Assembly (NCBI GenBank): GCA_001816585.1 | Contig: MHCJ01000003.1 | Span: 156,228 to 220,227, forward strand | Reading direction: 5' to 3' | From: Candidatus Chisholmbacteria bacterium RIFCSPHIGHO2_01_FULL_52_32 | GTDB taxonomy: Bacteria; Patescibacteriota; Microgenomatia; UBA1400; Chisholmbacteraceae | DNA length: 64,000 bases | The notes under the pieces: model-generated | What the model was told of the DNA's origin: nothing | Seen by the model: only the letters and a program-made list of their open reading frames with translations | Databases searched by the model: none | Program-made: the position numbers and the translations under genes | Shown: in pieces, positions 36,006 to 45,267 of the stretch | Numbering within the stretch: position 1 is the first letter of the stretch | How the letters are laid out: each line of letters begins with the position of its first letter

Positions 36006-36145
36006 GAGGAGTGAGGGGGATAAGTTAAAAATTCAAAGTTAAAAGTTAAAAATTACAATTCAAAATTAAAAGTTTCTCTCCTAACTTGTAACTTTAAACT
36101 GCAACTTTGAACTTTACACTTTACACTTTAAACTTTTTACCCCTA
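36006..36145. repeat. Inverted heptamer-repeat block: (GTTNAAA)n followed by its reverse-complement (AACTTTN)n
   Basis: The forward part is gttaaaa attcaaa gttaaaa gttaaaa attacaa ttcaaaa ttaaaag. The reverse part is aacttgt aacttta aactgca actttga actttac actttac actttaa. The block could fold into a long imperfect hairpin. Confidence 0.85.
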
Positions 36146-36163
36146 TACCCTAACCGATATCTT

Positions 36164-36427
36164 ATGCGAAGACGAAGACGAGAAGAACCAGAACGACCGC
36201 AGCGGGGACCGAGGATGCCATCGGTGCCGAAAGTCTGCCCGTTTTGCACGTCAAAGACTACTCCTGATTACAAGAAGGTGGAGTTTCTTTTGCCGCACCT
36301 TACCGATCGGGGAAAGATTGTCGGCCGGGGACGCAGCGGTCTCTGCGCCACGCATCAACGGAGGCTTACTGTCGCCGTGAAGCGGGCTCGACATTTGGCG
36401 CTCCTTCCGTTTGTTCAAACTGTTTAG
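36164..36427 (+). CDS. rpsR: 30S ribosomal protein S18
   Basis: Start at the [18 protein letters not shown] at 36164. The conserved S18 core is [44 protein letters not shown]. Confidence 0.9.
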   Translation: MRRRRREEPERPQRGPRMPSVPKVCPFCTSKTTPDYKKVEFLLPHLTDRGKIVGRGRSGLCATHQRRLTVAVKRARHLALLPFVQTV

Positions 36428-36493
36428 GCTTTTAAAACTAACCATGAAACTGCCCTTTGTGGAACTGTCTTCCTTGCTTTTGACATACACCGT

Positions 36494-37801
36494 ATGATTG
36501 TCCGACCAATTTCGCTGGTGAGAATCCGTTCGTTCTTCCTTGTACTTTCTTTGATTGTCCTTTCGGTTGGTACCGGCTTTTGGTATGGGCGGCGATCGAT
36601 CACGACAGACTTTTCAAAACTTCCGCCGAAAGTTGAAATCATCAATCGTGCCCAGCCCCCAGAGCACCGGACGGTTGATTTTTCCCTGTTTTGGCAGGTT
36701 TGGGATGAGCTTGCCGGTAGCTATATTACTCCTGACTCGCTTGATCCCGAGAAGATGGTTTTTGGGGCGATTTCAGGAATGACCTCCGCAATTGGGGATC
36801 CCTACACGGTTTTCTTGCCGCCCATGGAAAACAAACAGACAAAAGAGAATCTATCCGGGAAGTTTGGGGGAGTAGGAATTCAGCTCGGATTTAGGGATCG
36901 TGCACTCTCCGTTGTCGCCCCGCTCTCCGGAATGCCCGCGGAGCGGGCTGGGATAAAGGCGGGGGATTTTATTCTCCACATCAAGGATGAGGGCGCAGGT
37001 GTTGATAAGGATACCCAAGGTATGCCCCTGCCTGAGGCCGTGAACTTGATCCGGGGGAAGCTCGGGACAAAGGTTCTCTTGACTTTGATCCGCGAGGGAC
37101 AGACCAAACCGTTCGATGTCGAGCTTGTCCGCGAAGAGATTGTGATTCCGAGTATCGAACTCACGTGGTTACCTCCAGATGAGGCGGCTCGGAAACTGGT
37201 AACCAAAGAGACGGAAATCCCGGTCGGCGAAAAGGTTGTAGCCCATCTTGCGGTGGCGCAATTTGGTGACCAGACTGATGGGGAATGGGACCGCGCTGTT
37301 TCGGACATTCTCGACCGGGAAAGCGATGTTGTCGGGATCGTCCTTGATTTTCGAAATAATCCCGGCGGCTACTTGTCCGGAGCTATTCGTATGGCTTCTG
37401 AGTTCCTTTCGGAAGGAACTGTGGTGGTGCAACAGGGAAGGGTCCGCAGCGAGACCTTCCCGGTAGAGGAACCTGGTCGCTTGACCGATCTTCCGTTCGT
37501 CGTTCTTGTCAACGGCGGGAGTGCCTCCGCTTCCGAGATTGTGGCCGGAGCTCTGCGTGACCGACGTGGCGCAGTGCTGGTTGGGGAGAAGACGTTCGGA
37601 AAAGGAACGGTTCAGGAAGCGAGGGATTTGCCCGGAGGGGCAGGACTCCACGTGACGACGTCGAAATGGATTCTGCCCAGCGGTGAAGCAATTAACGCCA
37701 AGGGTTTGACCCCGAATATCGAGGTTACCCTGACGGAGGAGGAGAATGGCATTGATGAACAGCTTGAGAAGGCGATCGAAACCTTGCTGAAGCAACAGTA
37801 A
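36494..37801 (+). CDS. ctpA: Carboxyl-terminal processing protease (S41 family, CtpA/Prc-like) with PDZ domain
   Basis: 435 aa with an N-terminal TM anchor and a PDZ domain. The S41 catalytic region is GGYLSGAIRMASEFL...VLVNGGSASASEIVAGALRDRRGAVLVGEKTFGKGTVQ. Confidence 0.9.
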   Translation: MIVRPISLVRIRSFFLVLSLIVLSVGTGFWYGRRSITTDFSKLPPKVEIINRAQPPEHRTVDFSLFWQVWDELAGSYITPDSLDPEKMVFGAISGMTSAIGDPYTVFLPPMENKQTKENLSGKFGGVGIQLGFRDRALSVVAPLSGMPAERAGIKAGDFILHIKDEGAGVDKDTQGMPLPEAVNLIRGKLGTKVLLTLIREGQTKPFDVELVREEIVIPSIELTWLPPDEAARKLVTKETEIPVGEKVVAHLAVAQFGDQTDGEWDRAVSDILDRESDVVGIVLDFRNNPGGYLSGAIRMASEFLSEGTVVVQQGRVRSETFPVEEPGRLTDLPFVVLVNGGSASASEIVAGALRDRRGAVLVGEKTFGKGTVQEARDLPGGAGLHVTTSKWILPSGEAINAKGLTPNIEVTLTEEENGIDEQLEKAIETLLKQQ

Positions 37802-37839
37802 ATTAGTTCTATGGTTCTATTGCTTTATAGCTTAAGAAA

Positions 37840-38997
37840 ATGAGACGGTTTTTCATCGGCTTGGCAAGCGGTGTCCTTCTTGTCGTCGTTCTGCTTTCGG
37901 GGGCGACGATGGATCGGTTGTGGGGAATCCCACTCCTTGATCGTCTTTTTTCCCGTCAGGTGGGGACAATCGGCGGGAAATCTACGCTTGAGCAGCGAAT
38001 TCTTACAGAGGAATCGGCCGTCATTGAGGTTGCGGAAAAAGTAAGCCCTTCCGTAGTCACCGTTTCGGTGGTTCGGCAAAGTGACAGTTTCGACCCGTTA
38101 TCGGATCCTTTCGGGTCGCTTCGGCTTCCGGGGCGGGGACAACCTGCGACCCAAGACCGGGATATCGGCTCGGGATTCATCATCGATGCCGATGGGCTTG
38201 TCGTTACCAATAAGCATGTTGTCGATGATCCTTCCGAGACGTATCGGGTCGCGACCAAAGATGATACGGTCTATGAAGTGAAGAAGATCTACCGGGATCC
38301 CACGAATGATCTGGCGATCTTAAAGATTGATCCGCCAGCCGGCGGACTGCGGCCGATTGAATTGGGAGACTCGGGTGCCCTCAAGGTCGGACAGTTCGTT
38401 ATTGCGATCGGAACAGCCCTGGGAGAATTTCGGCATACGGTGACAACTGGGGTCATCTCCGGCTTGGGAAGAGGGATTCAGGCAGGTGATCCTTTCAGCG
38501 TTACTGTTGAAGAGCTTGATAATGTGATTCAGACTGATGCGGCCATCAACCCTGGAAACTCGGGCGGACCGCTGTTAAACAGCGCCGGTCAGGTCATCGG
38601 CGTGAACGCTGCGATTGCCGGAGGTGCCGAGAATATAGGATTTGCCATCCCGATTAATGTGGTGAAGGCGTCGCTTGAGACGTTTAACGCGACCGGAAAG
38701 TTTTCGCGGGCATTCCTTGGGGTTCGCTATCAAATGATCCCGAAGGAGTCGGCGCTCCTCAACGAAGTGCCTCAGGGAGCATACGTCATCGACGTTGTTG
38801 AAGGCTCCCCGGCTGACGGGGCAGGGATTGAGCAGCAAGATATCATTACCGCGTTTGACGGACAGGATGTTAATACCGACGGAGGTTTGGCCGCGATCAT
38901 CGGGAAGAAAAAGGTCGGGGATAGGGTTAGTTTTCAGGTTTGGAGAGATGGCAAGACGCTTGATCTTTCGGTTGTGCTCGGGGAGGCAGGGGAGTAA
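37840..38997 (+). CDS. htrA: HtrA/DegP-family serine protease with C-terminal PDZ domain
   Basis: 385 aa with a signal/TM, the catalytic triad context (VVTNKHVV; DLAILKI; GNSGGPLL) and a PDZ domain at the C-terminus. Confidence 0.9.
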   Translation: MRRFFIGLASGVLLVVVLLSGATMDRLWGIPLLDRLFSRQVGTIGGKSTLEQRILTEESAVIEVAEKVSPSVVTVSVVRQSDSFDPLSDPFGSLRLPGRGQPATQDRDIGSGFIIDADGLVVTNKHVVDDPSETYRVATKDDTVYEVKKIYRDPTNDLAILKIDPPAGGLRPIELGDSGALKVGQFVIAIGTALGEFRHTVTTGVISGLGRGIQAGDPFSVTVEELDNVIQTDAAINPGNSGGPLLNSAGQVIGVNAAIAGGAENIGFAIPINVVKASLETFNATGKFSRAFLGVRYQMIPKESALLNEVPQGAYVIDVVEGSPADGAGIEQQDIITAFDGQDVNTDGGLAAIIGKKKVGDRVSFQVWRDGKTLDLSVVLGEAGE

Positions 38998-39061
38998 GCG
39001 AGCGGAGCTCGCTCAGTTAAAAGTTTAAAGTTCAAAATTTAAAGTTATCCCAGTGCCAGCT

Positions 39062-39088
39062 CCGTGAGAAAAGTGAACATCTCACCGG
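39062..39088. repeat. REP-like palindrome CCGTGAGA-N11-TCTCACCGG between convergent genes
   Basis: The same GTGAGA/TCTCAC dyad family occurs at 21846-21920 and flanking the tRNA-Leu. Here it lies between htrA (+) and the MFS gene (-) and could act as a bidirectional terminator. Confidence 0.5.
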
Positions 39089-39155
39089 ACGGGTGAGGGT
39101 TTGGTCTTGAATATTGTTGATCCTCAAACCTCATAAGTGAAGCGACCAACCTTTT

Positions 39156-40322
39156 TCATGAGATTTTGCGGGAAGTGTAAAAGAGCACAAATGCAGTAGC
39201 TGCCATGACGCTTCCGTACCAGAACGTGGCGGACGCGCCAAACTTCGTCCAGAGAACTCCGCCGATAAATGAGGCCAGAAATCCGGCAACGGCGGTTAAA
39301 GTCTGGTGCAGACCGAAGAAGGTTCCTGATTCTTCCTTTTTGATAAATTCCGAAATATAGGCTTTGGAGACACCGTCGGTTGCGGCTATGTAGAGCCCAT
39401 ACACCGGAAACAACAGCCAAAGCCAGTCGGATGTTTGAATTAAGCCGAACGCAGCGTAGACTACGGAAAACACCAGAAGACCTCCAGCGAAAACCTTTCT
39501 TGCCCCGATAGTATCGGCAAGGCTTCCCAATGGTGTTGCAAAGAGTGTTTGGGTGACGTTATAGAGCACGTAGACCAATACAACGAGTGTCGTGGTGAGC
39601 CCGAGCTCTTTTGCCCTAAGCAGCAGAAACACATCGGAGCTGTTGCCGATTGCGAAGAGAAAGCTCACCAAGAGAAACAGTTTGAGCCTTGGCGAAATTG
39701 ATCCCCATGATAGATTGACCAGCAGGTGAGTATCGCCGTTCCAGTCTCTCTTTTTCCTTTCGCGAACGAAGAGGAGGAGCAGGAGGACCCCGATAGATGA
39801 CGGGATAAATGCCAGAAAAAACATCAGACGCATGTTTTCCTTCAGGAGGTAGAGAAGAATTAGAGCCAGAAGCGGACCCAGGACCGCGCCGAGGCTGTCA
39901 AACGCCCGGTGAAAACCGAAGATGAAGCCTTTGTTTTCGGGAGTAGCGTTTTCGAGGAGCAAGCTGTCGCGGGCGGCCGTCCGCAACCCTTTACCAAGAC
40001 GATCGCTGAACCTGGCAACGAGAACTAAATGCCAGGAATAGGCAAGGCCGATCAGCATTTTCGAGATTGTCCCGAGGGAGTAGCCGGCAACCACAAACGG
40101 TTTTCGTTTTTTCAGATAATCAGAGATGTAGCCGAAGATGAACTTTGAGAGGCTTGCCGTTGCTTCGGCAATGCCCTCGATCAGTCCTACGATGGCAATC
40201 GGCGTGCCCAGGACTGTTGTCAGGAAAATCGGAACGATCGGATAGATCATTTCCGCGGCGATGTCGTTGAAGAAACTTACCAAGCCCAGGAGAAAGACAT
40301 TGCGCGGGATTTTTTTACTCAC
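39156..40322 (-). CDS. MFS transporter
   Basis: 388 aa with 12 predicted TM helices and the MFS motif region GRLSDRLGKG-like in loop 2-3 (FSDRLGKGLRTA). Confidence 0.85.
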   Translation of the reverse strand: MSKKIPRNVFLLGLVSFFNDIAAEMIYPIVPIFLTTVLGTPIAIVGLIEGIAEATASLSKFIFGYISDYLKKRKPFVVAGYSLGTISKMLIGLAYSWHLVLVARFSDRLGKGLRTAARDSLLLENATPENKGFIFGFHRAFDSLGAVLGPLLALILLYLLKENMRLMFFLAFIPSSIGVLLLLLFVRERKKRDWNGDTHLLVNLSWGSISPRLKLFLLVSFLFAIGNSSDVFLLLRAKELGLTTTLVVLVYVLYNVTQTLFATPLGSLADTIGARKVFAGGLLVFSVVYAAFGLIQTSDWLWLLFPVYGLYIAATDGVSKAYISEFIKKEESGTFFGLHQTLTAVAGFLASFIGGVLWTKFGASATFWYGSVMAATAFVLFYTSRKIS

Positions 40323-40344
40323 GGACTTATTCTAGCGAAGTCCT

Positions 40345-41250
40345 TTACAAACCTCTACCGTCACCTTCGCTTTGCCCTTTCAATACTTCGATGATCTCGT
40401 CGAGATCTCCGTCGAGAACTCGCTCCAGTGAGTGCCAGGATTTGTTGAGGCGATGGTCGGTAATACGGTTTTGGGGAAAGTTGTAGGTACGGATCTTCTC
40501 GGCCCGCATCCCACGACCGACGGCGGTTTTTCTGGCAGAATCAATGGTTCGGAGGCGTTTTTCTTCTTCGAGCTCCCAGAGCTTTGCCCGGAGAAGTTCG
40601 AGCGCGATGGCTTTGTTCTGCTGCTGAAACCGTTCCTGGCGGACATTGACGATTGTACCGGTCAGCTTATGGGTGAGTCTTACGGCGGTGTTCACTTTGT
40701 TGACGTTTTGACCGCCGTGCCCTCCGGACCTGGTGAATTGCCACTCCAGGTCATCGGGGTTTACAACAATTTCTGATTCCGGGATTTCCGGAAGCACCGC
40801 GACGCTCGCGGTTGAGGTGTGGATTCTTCCTCCCCGCTCCGTCTCCGGTATCCGTTGGACCCGGTGGACACCGGACTCGTATTTGAGGAGGCCGTAGGCG
40901 TTTCGGCCTTTCACTTTGAGGGTGTCGTTGTCGAGTTCCAGAGTCTCTAATCCTCGAATAGATGCGAAGCGCATGTACATCCGCCTGAGATCCTTAGCCC
41001 AGATTTTTGCTTCATCACCTCCGGCTGCGCCTCTGATTTCAATGAGGGCGTTTGAAGCGTCGGTTTGAGATGTCCTGGTTTCTTGGCGTGGAGACGGAGT
41101 GTTTGTGCGTGTACTTAAAAGAAGTCGTCTTTGGTCCTCGAGCCTTGTAATTTCGTCGTTGGCAAGCGGGAAGAGTTCAGGGTCAGCGAGCAATTCCCGG
41201 TTTTTTCGGATCTCTTCGTCGAGGCGGTTTACTTCGTCCTGAATGGACAT
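40345..41250 (-). CDS. prfA: Peptide chain release factor 1 (short N-terminal domain)
   Basis: 301 aa. The GGQ motif is SGGHGGQNVNKVNTAVRLTH. The RF1-type RTYNFPQNRITDHRLN and HRVQRIPETE context replace RF2's SPF region. The anticodon tripeptide reads PET. Confidence 0.85.
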   Translation of the reverse strand: MSIQDEVNRLDEEIRKNRELLADPELFPLANDEITRLEDQRRLLLSTRTNTPSPRQETRTSQTDASNALIEIRGAAGGDEAKIWAKDLRRMYMRFASIRGLETLELDNDTLKVKGRNAYGLLKYESGVHRVQRIPETERGGRIHTSTASVAVLPEIPESEIVVNPDDLEWQFTRSGGHGGQNVNKVNTAVRLTHKLTGTIVNVRQERFQQQNKAIALELLRAKLWELEEEKRLRTIDSARKTAVGRGMRAEKIRTYNFPQNRITDHRLNKSWHSLERVLDGDLDEIIEVLKGQSEGDGRGL

Positions 41251-41329
41251 AGAGAAAATAAATTACAAATTACAAATACGTGACAAACTTCAAGTTACAA
41301 ATTTCTTTGAAATATTGCAATGGGGATAC

Positions 41330-41620
41330 TTACTGAGCAGGTTTCTGGAGCATTTCCTTGAGTGTCAGCGGGCGAGGGGATTTCCTTTCTTCCAGCTTCT
41401 TTTTCCTTGGCCTGAGCACGGCTTGTTGCTGTTTTTTCATAAAGCGTTCGATTCTTCCTTGGGTATCCACGAGCCTCAACTCGCCGGTGTAGAAGGGGTG
41501 GCAGTTATAACACAGGTCAACCTGGATTTCCGGTTTCGTTGAACCGATGGTAAAGGTATTCCCGCAGGCACAAGTCACCTTGGCTTCGGGGTAGTAGGTG
41601 GGGTGGATGTCTGATTTCAT
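41330..41620 (-). CDS. rpmE: 50S ribosomal protein L31 (zinc-binding type) with a basic C-terminal extension
   Basis: 96 aa. The start [23 protein letters not shown] with CxxC...C is typical of L31 type A. It is adjacent to prfA, as is common. Confidence 0.9.
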   Translation of the reverse strand: MKSDIHPTYYPEAKVTCACGNTFTIGSTKPEIQVDLCYNCHPFYTGELRLVDTQGRIERFMKKQQQAVLRPRKKKLEERKSPRPLTLKEMLQKPAQ

Positions 41621-41703
41621 ACTTCTGCAAGCTCAGTATTTTTAGCTTATCGGAGAGGATTTTAGCACCTTTGAAGGTAAAACACAAAAGTACTGGAGTG
41701 CTT

Positions 41704-42915
41704 TCAGGAATGCTTTGTCGTGTTTTTCTTCCGGTAGATCGCGAGGGCCTTTTTGATGATTTCAACAGAACGGGCGAGGGCGCGGGAGTTGAGGACGTAG
41801 GCGATACGGACTTCGTCTTTGCCATGGTTTTTCGAGAGGTAAAAGCCATCTGCGGGGGCGAGCATGACCGTTTCGCCCCGGTCGCGGAAATCCGTGAGCA
41901 ACCACTTGGCAAAGGCTTCTGCATTTTTGACCGGAAGTCTAGCAACACAGTAGAAGGCTCCTTCCGGCTTTTGCACGAAGACCCCTGGGATTTTTTGCAA
42001 AGCCCTAATGAGAACATTCCGTCTTTTCTTGTACTCGCGGTTGACTTTGGCAAAGTAGCTGGTTTGGGTTTTGAGGGCTTCTACAGCTGCGTATTGTTCG
42101 ACTGACGGAGAGGCAAGTCTGGCTTGGGCGAACTTTGTCACTGATTCCAGGATTTTCTGATTATATGTTACCAAGCAACCCAAGCGTGCTCCGCAGAGGC
42201 TATACCGTTTTGAGAAGCTGTCAACCAAGATGACGTGCCGCGGTGTTTTTCCGTAGGTGAGAAGACTTTTGGGCAGAGTCCGTTCATAAGCAAACTCCCG
42301 ATAGGTTTCATCGGAGATCACGAACAACTCATGTTTGATGGCAAGGTTGTTGACCATGGCAAGCTCTGAAGGTGTGTAGAGGGTTCCGGTTGGATTATTG
42401 GGGTTGTTGATGATGATCGCCTTGGTGTTCGAAGTGATGTGGCGTTTGATCACATCAGGGCGGGGGAGGTGAAAGCCAGTCTCAGCACGTGTGGTGATGG
42501 CTCGAAGGCTAACCGCGGCCATCGCGGCAAAGCCAAGGTAGTTCGCGTAGGTCGGCTCAAAGACGAGCAGTTCATCTCCCGGATCGCAGGTTGCGAGAAT
42601 CGCGAAGAGGATCGCTTCGGATCCTCCGGTTGTGACGATGATGTTCTCAGGGTCTGCGGGAATACCAACGCCATGGTAATAGCTTGCCAGTCCCAAACGG
42701 AGCTTGGGGTTCCCGAGGGAATTCTCATAGGCAACAACTGACTTCGGATAGGAACGGATGGCTTTGAGGAATTTCGGAGGAGATTTAATATCCGGTTGGC
42801 CGATGTTGAGGTGGTAGATCTTTACCCCTTGTTTGGTTGCCGCATCTGCGAAGGGAACCAGCTTTCGGATAGGGGAGGCAGGGGTGATGACGGCGCGGCG
42901 GGAGATGGATGGCAT
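41704..42915 (-). CDS. Pyridoxal-phosphate-dependent aminotransferase, class I (aspartate/aromatic aminotransferase-like)
   Basis: 403 aa. The PLP-lysine motif is SFSKRYSLCGARLG, with an upstream NPxNPTG-like NPNNPTG. Confidence 0.85.
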   Translation of the reverse strand: MPSISRRAVITPASPIRKLVPFADAATKQGVKIYHLNIGQPDIKSPPKFLKAIRSYPKSVVAYENSLGNPKLRLGLASYYHGVGIPADPENIIVTTGGSEAILFAILATCDPGDELLVFEPTYANYLGFAAMAAVSLRAITTRAETGFHLPRPDVIKRHITSNTKAIIINNPNNPTGTLYTPSELAMVNNLAIKHELFVISDETYREFAYERTLPKSLLTYGKTPRHVILVDSFSKRYSLCGARLGCLVTYNQKILESVTKFAQARLASPSVEQYAAVEALKTQTSYFAKVNREYKKRRNVLIRALQKIPGVFVQKPEGAFYCVARLPVKNAEAFAKWLLTDFRDRGETVMLAPADGFYLSKNHGKDEVRIAYVLNSRALARSVEIIKKALAIYRKKNTTKHS

Positions 42916-42924
42916 ATGGCTTAT

Positions 42925-43014
42925 GGCTGATGGCTAATGGCTGATGGCTAAATGCTTATAGCATAGGGGAGGGAGAATATCTAATTTCTAAACCCTAAAC
43001 CCTAAACCCTATCT
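42925..43014. repeat. Heptamer repeat block ending in a telomere-like (CCCTAAA)3
   Basis: Direct reading gives tggctta tggctga tggctaa tggctga tggctaa ... ctaaaccctaaaccctaaaccct. Confidence 0.85.
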
Positions 43015-43924
43015 CCCTTCTTCTCGGTTTGTATTCCGTGAGGAAGACGCCTAGGGCGATAAGGATGGCACCGACGAGAAAGGGGAAGGTGATAGGTTCT
43101 CCCAGCCAGAAGATTGCCAGAGGCGCGGCAAACAGGGGTTGAAGATAGACAAACAGAGCTGTTTCTGAGGCCTCGATGGTCCTTAAGCCCACGTAGTGGG
43201 TGTAGTAAGCAATAAGGTACGAGAAGATCGCCATGAAGCCAATGCCTAAGAGTGCGCCTGAGTTGGTGAGAACCAAACGGACCTCAGCAGGTGCCAGGAA
43301 GTTCGGATTTTCCCAGAGTGCCAGGGGAAGAAAAGTTGCGAGGGCGACGAACGACGACCAGGCTGTATGGAGAAATGGAGGGTGCTTGCGGAGATCCTCT
43401 TTGGCGATCAGGGTGTAGGCGGCCCATTCGATGCCTGCCGTAAGGATCAACAGGTTCCCGATGAGGTTTTGTCTGGCGAAAGCAGCCTCTTCCAGGAACG
43501 GTTGCAGGATGGTGACGGTCGTGCCGGTTATGGCGATTGCCAGGCCGATCCTCTCGATTTTCGTGACTTTTTCTTTGAGAAACATGACTCCGCCGATGAC
43601 AATGAAAATCGGGGTGAGGCTGTTTATCAGGGTTCCGTCCAGGGCACTGGTCTTATCGAACCCGAGAAAAATGAGCCCCAGGTTGATCGTGGTGGCGAGG
43701 ATCGCAAGGAAGGTGAGCTTCGGAAGGTCTTTGATTCGGATGGAATTTTTCCTAAGGTGCCAGATAAATGGGAGCACAATCACAAGTGAAGAGAGCAGGA
43801 AACGGTAAAAAAGGAAGGTGAATGGAGGAACGAAACCTAGGGTGAATTTGATCACGGGGCCGGCAAACCCCCAAATGGCTGTGGCGATTAAGAGGGCAAT
43901 GTAGGCAGAGCGTCTCTTTGGCAT
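42995..43924 (-). CDS. DMT-superfamily (EamA-like) transporter
   Basis: 309 aa with 10 TM helices and two EamA-like halves (IATAIWGFAGPVIKF...). Confidence 0.8.
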   Translation of the reverse strand: MPKRRSAYIALLIATAIWGFAGPVIKFTLGFVPPFTFLFYRFLLSSLVIVLPFIWHLRKNSIRIKDLPKLTFLAILATTINLGLIFLGFDKTSALDGTLINSLTPIFIVIGGVMFLKEKVTKIERIGLAIAITGTTVTILQPFLEEAAFARQNLIGNLLILTAGIEWAAYTLIAKEDLRKHPPFLHTAWSSFVALATFLPLALWENPNFLAPAEVRLVLTNSGALLGIGFMAIFSYLIAYYTHYVGLRTIEASETALFVYLQPLFAAPLAIFWLGEPITFPFLVGAILIALGVFLTEYKPRRREIGFRV

Positions 43925-43927
43925 GGA

Positions 43928-45247
43928 TTACTTTGGAGTTAGTCTGTGGGGAAGATCCGAGCGGGAAATGGTTTCCTGGATGCCCGAGCGCAGATCCTTG
44001 ACCGTTACCGTCCCATTGGCGGCTTCGTCCGGGCCAATGATGACCACAACGGGAATCCCTTTTTTGTCGGCGTATTTGATTTGGTGGGCCAGATTTTCCT
44101 TCGGATCTAGGTAGATTTCGGTATTGATCCCCAGACTGCGAAGCTCGTTTGCCAGTTCGGTTGAGGGTGCGATGAGATTTTCGTTGAAAATGGTAACGAG
44201 GACCCGGCTGGTGGTAGTTTCTTTCGGAAGCAGGTTTGCTTTCCCCATTGCTTCGATGAGGCGCTCGATGCCGAAGGCAAAGCCGACCGCGGGAATTTGC
44301 TTGCCAGAGAAGATGCCGATCAATTTATCGTACCGTCCGCCTCCGCCTACCGAACCTACCTCATACCCTTCAATGGTGGCTTCGATGATCATGCCCGTGT
44401 AGTAGTCGAGACCCCTGGCAAGAGTGGGAGTGTAGAACACGTGCTTTTGTGGGACGTTGAAGTCTTTCAGATGGTTCATGACGGCATCAATCGGCTCGAG
44501 GGAAAGATCACTTTGCTTTTTCTTGGGGAGGAGGGGTCTCCTGCCGAGAAGTCCCATGAGCGTTTCGATCTTCGTTTGGGGAATCCCCTTGTCTGTAAGC
44601 TCCGCAATGACCTTTTCCTCGCCGACTTTTTCCAACGTATCAAGGACGCGGGTGACCGGCGCGGTCATCGAGGTTGTGATCCCGCTCTCCCGAATGGCGC
44701 TTTCGAGAACACGGCGATCGTTTAATAGGATCAGGAATTTCGTGAAGCCAAGGTTCGTTAAGATCGCGTCAACGACGGCGATAATCTCGGCGTCGGCGAT
44801 GGGGGAGGAAAGACCGACGATATCAAAATCGCACTGGAGAAATTCTCTGTACCGGCCGGCCTGCGGCTTTTCGGCGCGCCAAGCCGGTTGGAGCTGATAG
44901 CGCTTGAACGGCATGGGGAGCTTCAGTCCGTGCTGGGCTACCACTCGGGCCAAAGGAACGGTTTGGTCGTAGCGGAGCGCCACCTCGCGGCCCCCTCGAT
45001 CTTGGAACTTGAAGATAAGATGTTCGTCCTGGCCATATTTTCCCTCGAGGATCGAGGTGTACTCCAGGGCGGGAGTTTCGAGGGGATCGTATCCGAATCG
45101 TTCCAAAACAGCGGTCATTTTGCTGAGAACGAACCGCCGCTTGGAGGCCTCCTCGGGGAGCGTATCGCGGAATCCTTTGGGCGTTTGGGGGGTCGCTCTG
45201 GTCTTGGTTATAGATTGATGATAACACCTCCGCAGGCTTGGGGACAA
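43928..45247 (-). CDS. hisS: Histidyl-tRNA synthetase
   Basis: 439 aa. The class II motifs are KGFRDTLPEE and FRYDQ-like ALRYDQTVPLARV, then RYREFLQCDFDIVG and a C-terminal anticodon-binding domain. Confidence 0.95.
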   Translation of the reverse strand: MSPSLRRCYHQSITKTRATPQTPKGFRDTLPEEASKRRFVLSKMTAVLERFGYDPLETPALEYTSILEGKYGQDEHLIFKFQDRGGREVALRYDQTVPLARVVAQHGLKLPMPFKRYQLQPAWRAEKPQAGRYREFLQCDFDIVGLSSPIADAEIIAVVDAILTNLGFTKFLILLNDRRVLESAIRESGITTSMTAPVTRVLDTLEKVGEEKVIAELTDKGIPQTKIETLMGLLGRRPLLPKKKQSDLSLEPIDAVMNHLKDFNVPQKHVFYTPTLARGLDYYTGMIIEATIEGYEVGSVGGGGRYDKLIGIFSGKQIPAVGFAFGIERLIEAMGKANLLPKETTTSRVLVTIFNENLIAPSTELANELRSLGINTEIYLDPKENLAHQIKYADKKGIPVVVIIGPDEAANGTVTVKDLRSGIQETISRSDLPHRLTPK

Positions 45248-45267
45248 GGGAGGGGGAATATAAGAAG

